Virus record (IMG/VR): IMGVR_UViG_3300042938_000869
Coordinates: 1-55,613 of that record
From: a virus
Lineage: Duplodnaviria > Caudoviricetes
Length of the DNA: 55,613 nucleotides
Strand: one strand, 5' to 3'
A program made the translations under genes and the position numbers. How positions within the stretch are numbered: the first letter of the stretch is position 1; each line of letters begins with the position of its first letter. The notes below the pieces were generated by a model that saw only the letters and a program-made list of their open reading frames with translations, was not told the origin of the DNA and made no database searches. Of this stretch, positions 53,121-55,613 are shown piece after piece.

Positions 53121-54065
53121 TTAGTTATGCGGGCCATCAATGAAGGTGCCGCCGCTCGTTAGCTCGTAGGTAATCTTGAATTCGTTGGTCGCAGATTTCA
53201 GTTTGCCGGGGACGAGGCTCGGGATGTACCGGTGGGCAACGCAGCCCTCTGCCTGAAACTCCCGGCTGGGTTTTTCGTCAAACTTGGCGCAATGAAACTC
53301 CCCTTCAGCGATGGGGGTCGAATGCAGACAGGTTCGACAATTGCGCTTGGCAAACTGGCCTTTGTGGCAGACCGAGAAAGCGTTGCACATCTTGCAGACG
53401 TAAGCCGCCTTGCTGGTCGGATCCTCGAACAGCCGCGCCGGGGGGTTCTGCGCCTGAACGACGCGCTGTCCACGACGCTCGAGCGCCTGCCCCATCGCCG
53501 GGTCGTAGTCGATGATCTCCCCGTAAAGCTCGTCACTGTTCTTGCTGTGGGCGAGGTAGAAGCCTTTATGGATGCCCGAGAAGTGCATGTAGAGCATCAG
53601 CTGCCGCAGGTGCCCCGGCTTGGATGCCTTCACGCCGCCGGTTACCAGCGATTTGAAACTGGTTTCGTTGTGCGTCTTGAACTCCAGTACGGCCCTGCCG
53701 ACGCCGGGGATATCTACAGCGACACCGTCCATGTGCCCCCGCATGTGCCCCGTGCTATCGCGTAGAGCCCACTGCTCGCCGGTCGCCGGATCCCGCTCCT
53801 CAATCTCGATCCCAATGCGCTTGAGATCCTCGATCATGCGGGCTTCCTCGCGGTGCCCGGTCTGGAACAGGCGCAGCAACCGCCCCGAGAATTTCTCTTT
53901 ATCGACGGCCCACCGAAACCCGTACCACAGCGCCCGGTCGCAATCGGGGGCAAACCCGGACATGCCGAGGTACCCCCGAGGCGGCTCATTATTGGCCTTG
54001 GCGTAGTCATCGTAGATCAGGTCGACCATGGTCTGGGCGGCGGTACGGGTAATGGATGCCATCAA
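53121..54065 (-). CDS. Cas4-like PD-(D/E)xK exonuclease (predicted Fe-S)
   Basis: YLGMS...CDRALWY.FRW, G...E, GHMDG, LEFKT, Q..LYM, CKMC....VC, plus extra CRTCLH. Confidence 0.85.
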   Translation of the reverse strand: MMASITRTAAQTMVDLIYDDYAKANNEPPRGYLGMSGFAPDCDRALWYGFRWAVDKEKFSGRLLRLFQTGHREEARMIEDLKRIGIEIEERDPATGEQWALRDSTGHMRGHMDGVAVDIPGVGRAVLEFKTHNETSFKSLVTGGVKASKPGHLRQLMLYMHFSGIHKGFYLAHSKNSDELYGEIIDYDPAMGQALERRGQRVVQAQNPPARLFEDPTSKAAYVCKMCNAFSVCHKGQFAKRNCRTCLHSTPIAEGEFHCAKFDEKPSREFQAEGCVAHRYIPSLVPGKLKSATNEFKITYELTSGGTFIDGPHN

Positions 54066-54355
54066 TCAAACTCTACGGGGACGGGCTTCGTGGATACGCG
54101 AGTAGAGGAGGAGACGATGAAGAAGCTATCGTCCAAGGCATCGCCAAGAACCTCCTTCACCTTCTTGGTGTCGAGGCGCCTGCTTTCGCTGGTGGACGCG
54201 CTGACGATCCAATTGTAGCCACGGGTGATCGACAGACCGCGCCGCTTGAACTCGTCCTTGTGCCGGTCAAGCTCCGCCTCATCGGCCTTAAGCTTGAAAT
54301 TCATCTGCCCAATTAGGTCGGCCAGATCGAGGTCCGATATGTTTTCAAAGCTCAT
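54062..54355 (-). CDS. Hypothetical protein, paralogue of 12770-13084
   Basis: LADL.G...KA...EFK.RG...RLDTKKVK..LG; coupled overlaps on both sides. Confidence 0.75.
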   Translation of the reverse strand: MSFENISDLDLADLIGQMNFKLKADEAELDRHKDEFKRRGLSITRGYNWIVSASTSESRRLDTKKVKEVLGDALDDSFFIVSSSTRVSTKPVPVEFD

Positions 54356-54525
54356 TTTTCGTACTTCTTCTTGATGATGCGAAGCTGGTTGTCTCGGCGC
54401 AGGATGACGTGCAGGGCTTCGAGACAGACCTCTCGTACGGTCGGCCCATCTACCTCATGCAGCCAGTCCCAGTCGCGGATGATGTCCTCGAGCTTCTCGG
54501 TGATGTCGGGCTTTTTCTCACTCAT
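54352..54525 (-). CDS. Small hypothetical protein
   Basis: MSEKKPDITEKL...; overlaps both neighbours. Confidence 0.6.
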   Translation of the reverse strand: MSEKKPDITEKLEDIIRDWDWLHEVDGPTVREVCLEALHVILRRDNQLRIIKKKYEK

Positions 54526-54766
54526 CAGAATTTCCCTCATCGGAAAAAGGAATTTTATCGACGACAACCTCCCAAACTGCGTCCATCAATTCCAAAGCGT
54601 CATGCACCAGTTCAACATTGCCTTCACCCAACGCCGGACCCCACGCTTGCCCGACTTTCATCTGAGCTTGGGCTTCGCTGTTTCTGGAGTTGGTCGGGTC
54701 TGCCAGCATGCCCTGCAAGATATGGGCAAAATACATGTTCCAAGTGTCACGCTGCGACATGCTCAT
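54518..54766 (-). CDS. Hypothetical protein
   Basis: AGGAG RBS; RD...YFA..LQGMLA.P motif. Confidence 0.7.
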   Translation of the reverse strand: MSMSQRDTWNMYFAHILQGMLADPTNSRNSEAQAQMKVGQAWGPALGEGNVELVHDALELMDAVWEVVVDKIPFSDEGNSDE

Positions 54767-54814
54767 ATTTATCTCCTATTGATGGAGACAGGGGCCGTAG
54801 CCCCCGCCTGTTTG

Positions 54815-55414
54815 TTAACGGCGAGCGAAGGGGTTGCCAGCCTGCGGCGTAGCAGGGCGACCAGCGGCGGCCACAGGGGCGGTCGGACGCGACTGTGCAG
54901 TAGACGGCGGCTGAACACGCACCGGGGGCACAACGCTATTCTCGTACGGCCTGTAGCTCGCGATGCTGTTGCGCGGGGGATAGGGCAGGCCCGTCTCCGG
55001 GTTGATTTTCACTTCGCGCTGCCCGAAGGCGTTCTTCACGGTGTCCTGACGGAGCACGACATTGCCAGTGAACGGCATGCGAAGCAGAACGTCGCTGTCT
55101 TCGTAGACGGCATCGGAATTGAGCCCGGTGGCGTCGATCAGAGCGCGAAGCTGGGACATGCCAATCTGGCGGGCCTGCTCGTTCTCGTGCTGAACGTTAT
55201 AGGTCATGAAGAGCTTGCGGCCCGCGTGTTCGCTCCCATCGAGGATGTTGAAGGTCACGTCGAGGCGGGTTCCGGTGTTGTTGCGATTGACAACCAGTTC
55301 AGTGCTTTCAACCTCCATAGGGTACTCACCCTCGGGGAGCGGATCGCGAGAGACTTGGGCTTCGACGGAATTGGGATCGAAACCAGCTTCGTAGAGATCA
55401 TAAAGACGTGCCAT
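54815..55414 (-). CDS. DUF669-like single-stranded DNA-binding protein
   Basis: FDPNSVE.....PLPEGEY...TG..L..TF.ILDG...GRKLF...N...A.QIG..QL; disordered tail; next to the Sak4-like gene. Confidence 0.8.
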   Translation of the reverse strand: MARLYDLYEAGFDPNSVEAQVSRDPLPEGEYPMEVESTELVVNRNNTGTRLDVTFNILDGSEHAGRKLFMTYNVQHENEQARQIGMSQLRALIDATGLNSDAVYEDSDVLLRMPFTGNVVLRQDTVKNAFGQREVKINPETGLPYPPRNSIASYRPYENSVVPPVRVQPPSTAQSRPTAPVAAAGRPATPQAGNPFARR

Positions 55415-55426
55415 TCGTTTTTCCTT

Positions 55427-55613
55427 TTAGGCTTTCGTGGGTTCAGTAGTGGTGGGCATGTACTTGGCAATCTCTGCCCAAGCCTTGCCCTTGGGCAACA
55501 TAATCGCGTCCGGCATGTTGAACCGGTTCTTGGCGACGAACGCAGGGCGCCCATCGGCAAACAGCCAGCGGGAGCCGCCGCCTTCTGCGTGGATAGCTTT
55601 CTTGCCAAACCCG
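55427..55613 (-). CDS. Sak4-like ATPase, 3' part
   Basis: Manual translation GFGKKAIHAEGGGSRWLFADGRPAFVAKNRFNMPD...KA*; AKNR arginine-finger motif. Confidence 0.85.
   Translation of the reverse strand, partial: GFGKKAIHAEGGGSRWLFADGRPAFVAKNRFNMPDAIMLPKGKAWAEIAKYMPTTTEPTKA

Larger units (their letters stand above)
1..55613. mobile_element. Near-complete circularly permuted tailed bacteriophage genome (podovirus-like, probable alphaproteobacterial host)
   Basis: Terminase, portal, capsid, tail, lysis and replication modules are all present. One ATPase gene is split between the two window ends. No host housekeeping genes are seen. Confidence 0.95.

Noticed and set aside
53121-54065. Cas4-like gene as evidence of a CRISPR-Cas system
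   Set aside because: No other cas genes and no repeat-spacer array were seen. The context is a phage recombination operon.
1-55613. Prophage status or alternative genetic code
   Set aside because: No integrase, att-flanked host genes or fragmented core genes were seen. Standard code 11 gives intact, tightly coupled ORFs.

Overview
The window is an essentially complete, circularly permuted ~55.6 kb tailed-phage genome (Caudoviricetes). The gene set is podovirus-like: P22-type portal, nozzle and ejection proteins, with no tape-measure, sheath or tail-tube genes recognised. The host is probably an Alphaproteobacterium, because the genome carries a GcrA homologue. A leftward recombination/replication operon (Sak4-like ATPase split across the window ends, DUF669 SSB-like protein, Cas4-like exonuclease, SF2 helicase, RusA) diverges at ~900-1020 from a rightward arm. 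That arm runs: Cro-like, GcrA, primase-polymerase/helicase, ~20 small early genes, a repeat-rich putative origin, terminases, portal, cargo-like proteins, GroES, scaffold, capsid, fibres, lysis, tail and ejection proteins. I recognised no integrase, standalone family A/B DNA polymerase, tRNA or CRISPR array. The main unexplained signal is a shared peptide grammar. Roughly 35 copies of [RKYFML]-[AK]-x-G-G occur in seven late proteins, plus a terminal amphipathic A-L-x-x-A-R/K helix. These motifs bracket enzyme-like payload domains (GNAT-like, ADP-ribosyltransferase-like, HhH-glycosylase-like), suggesting a tag-and-cleave capsid cargo-loading system. Several structured RNA candidates and a recurrent operator are also visible. 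All family assignments come from reading motifs by eye; no database searches were run.
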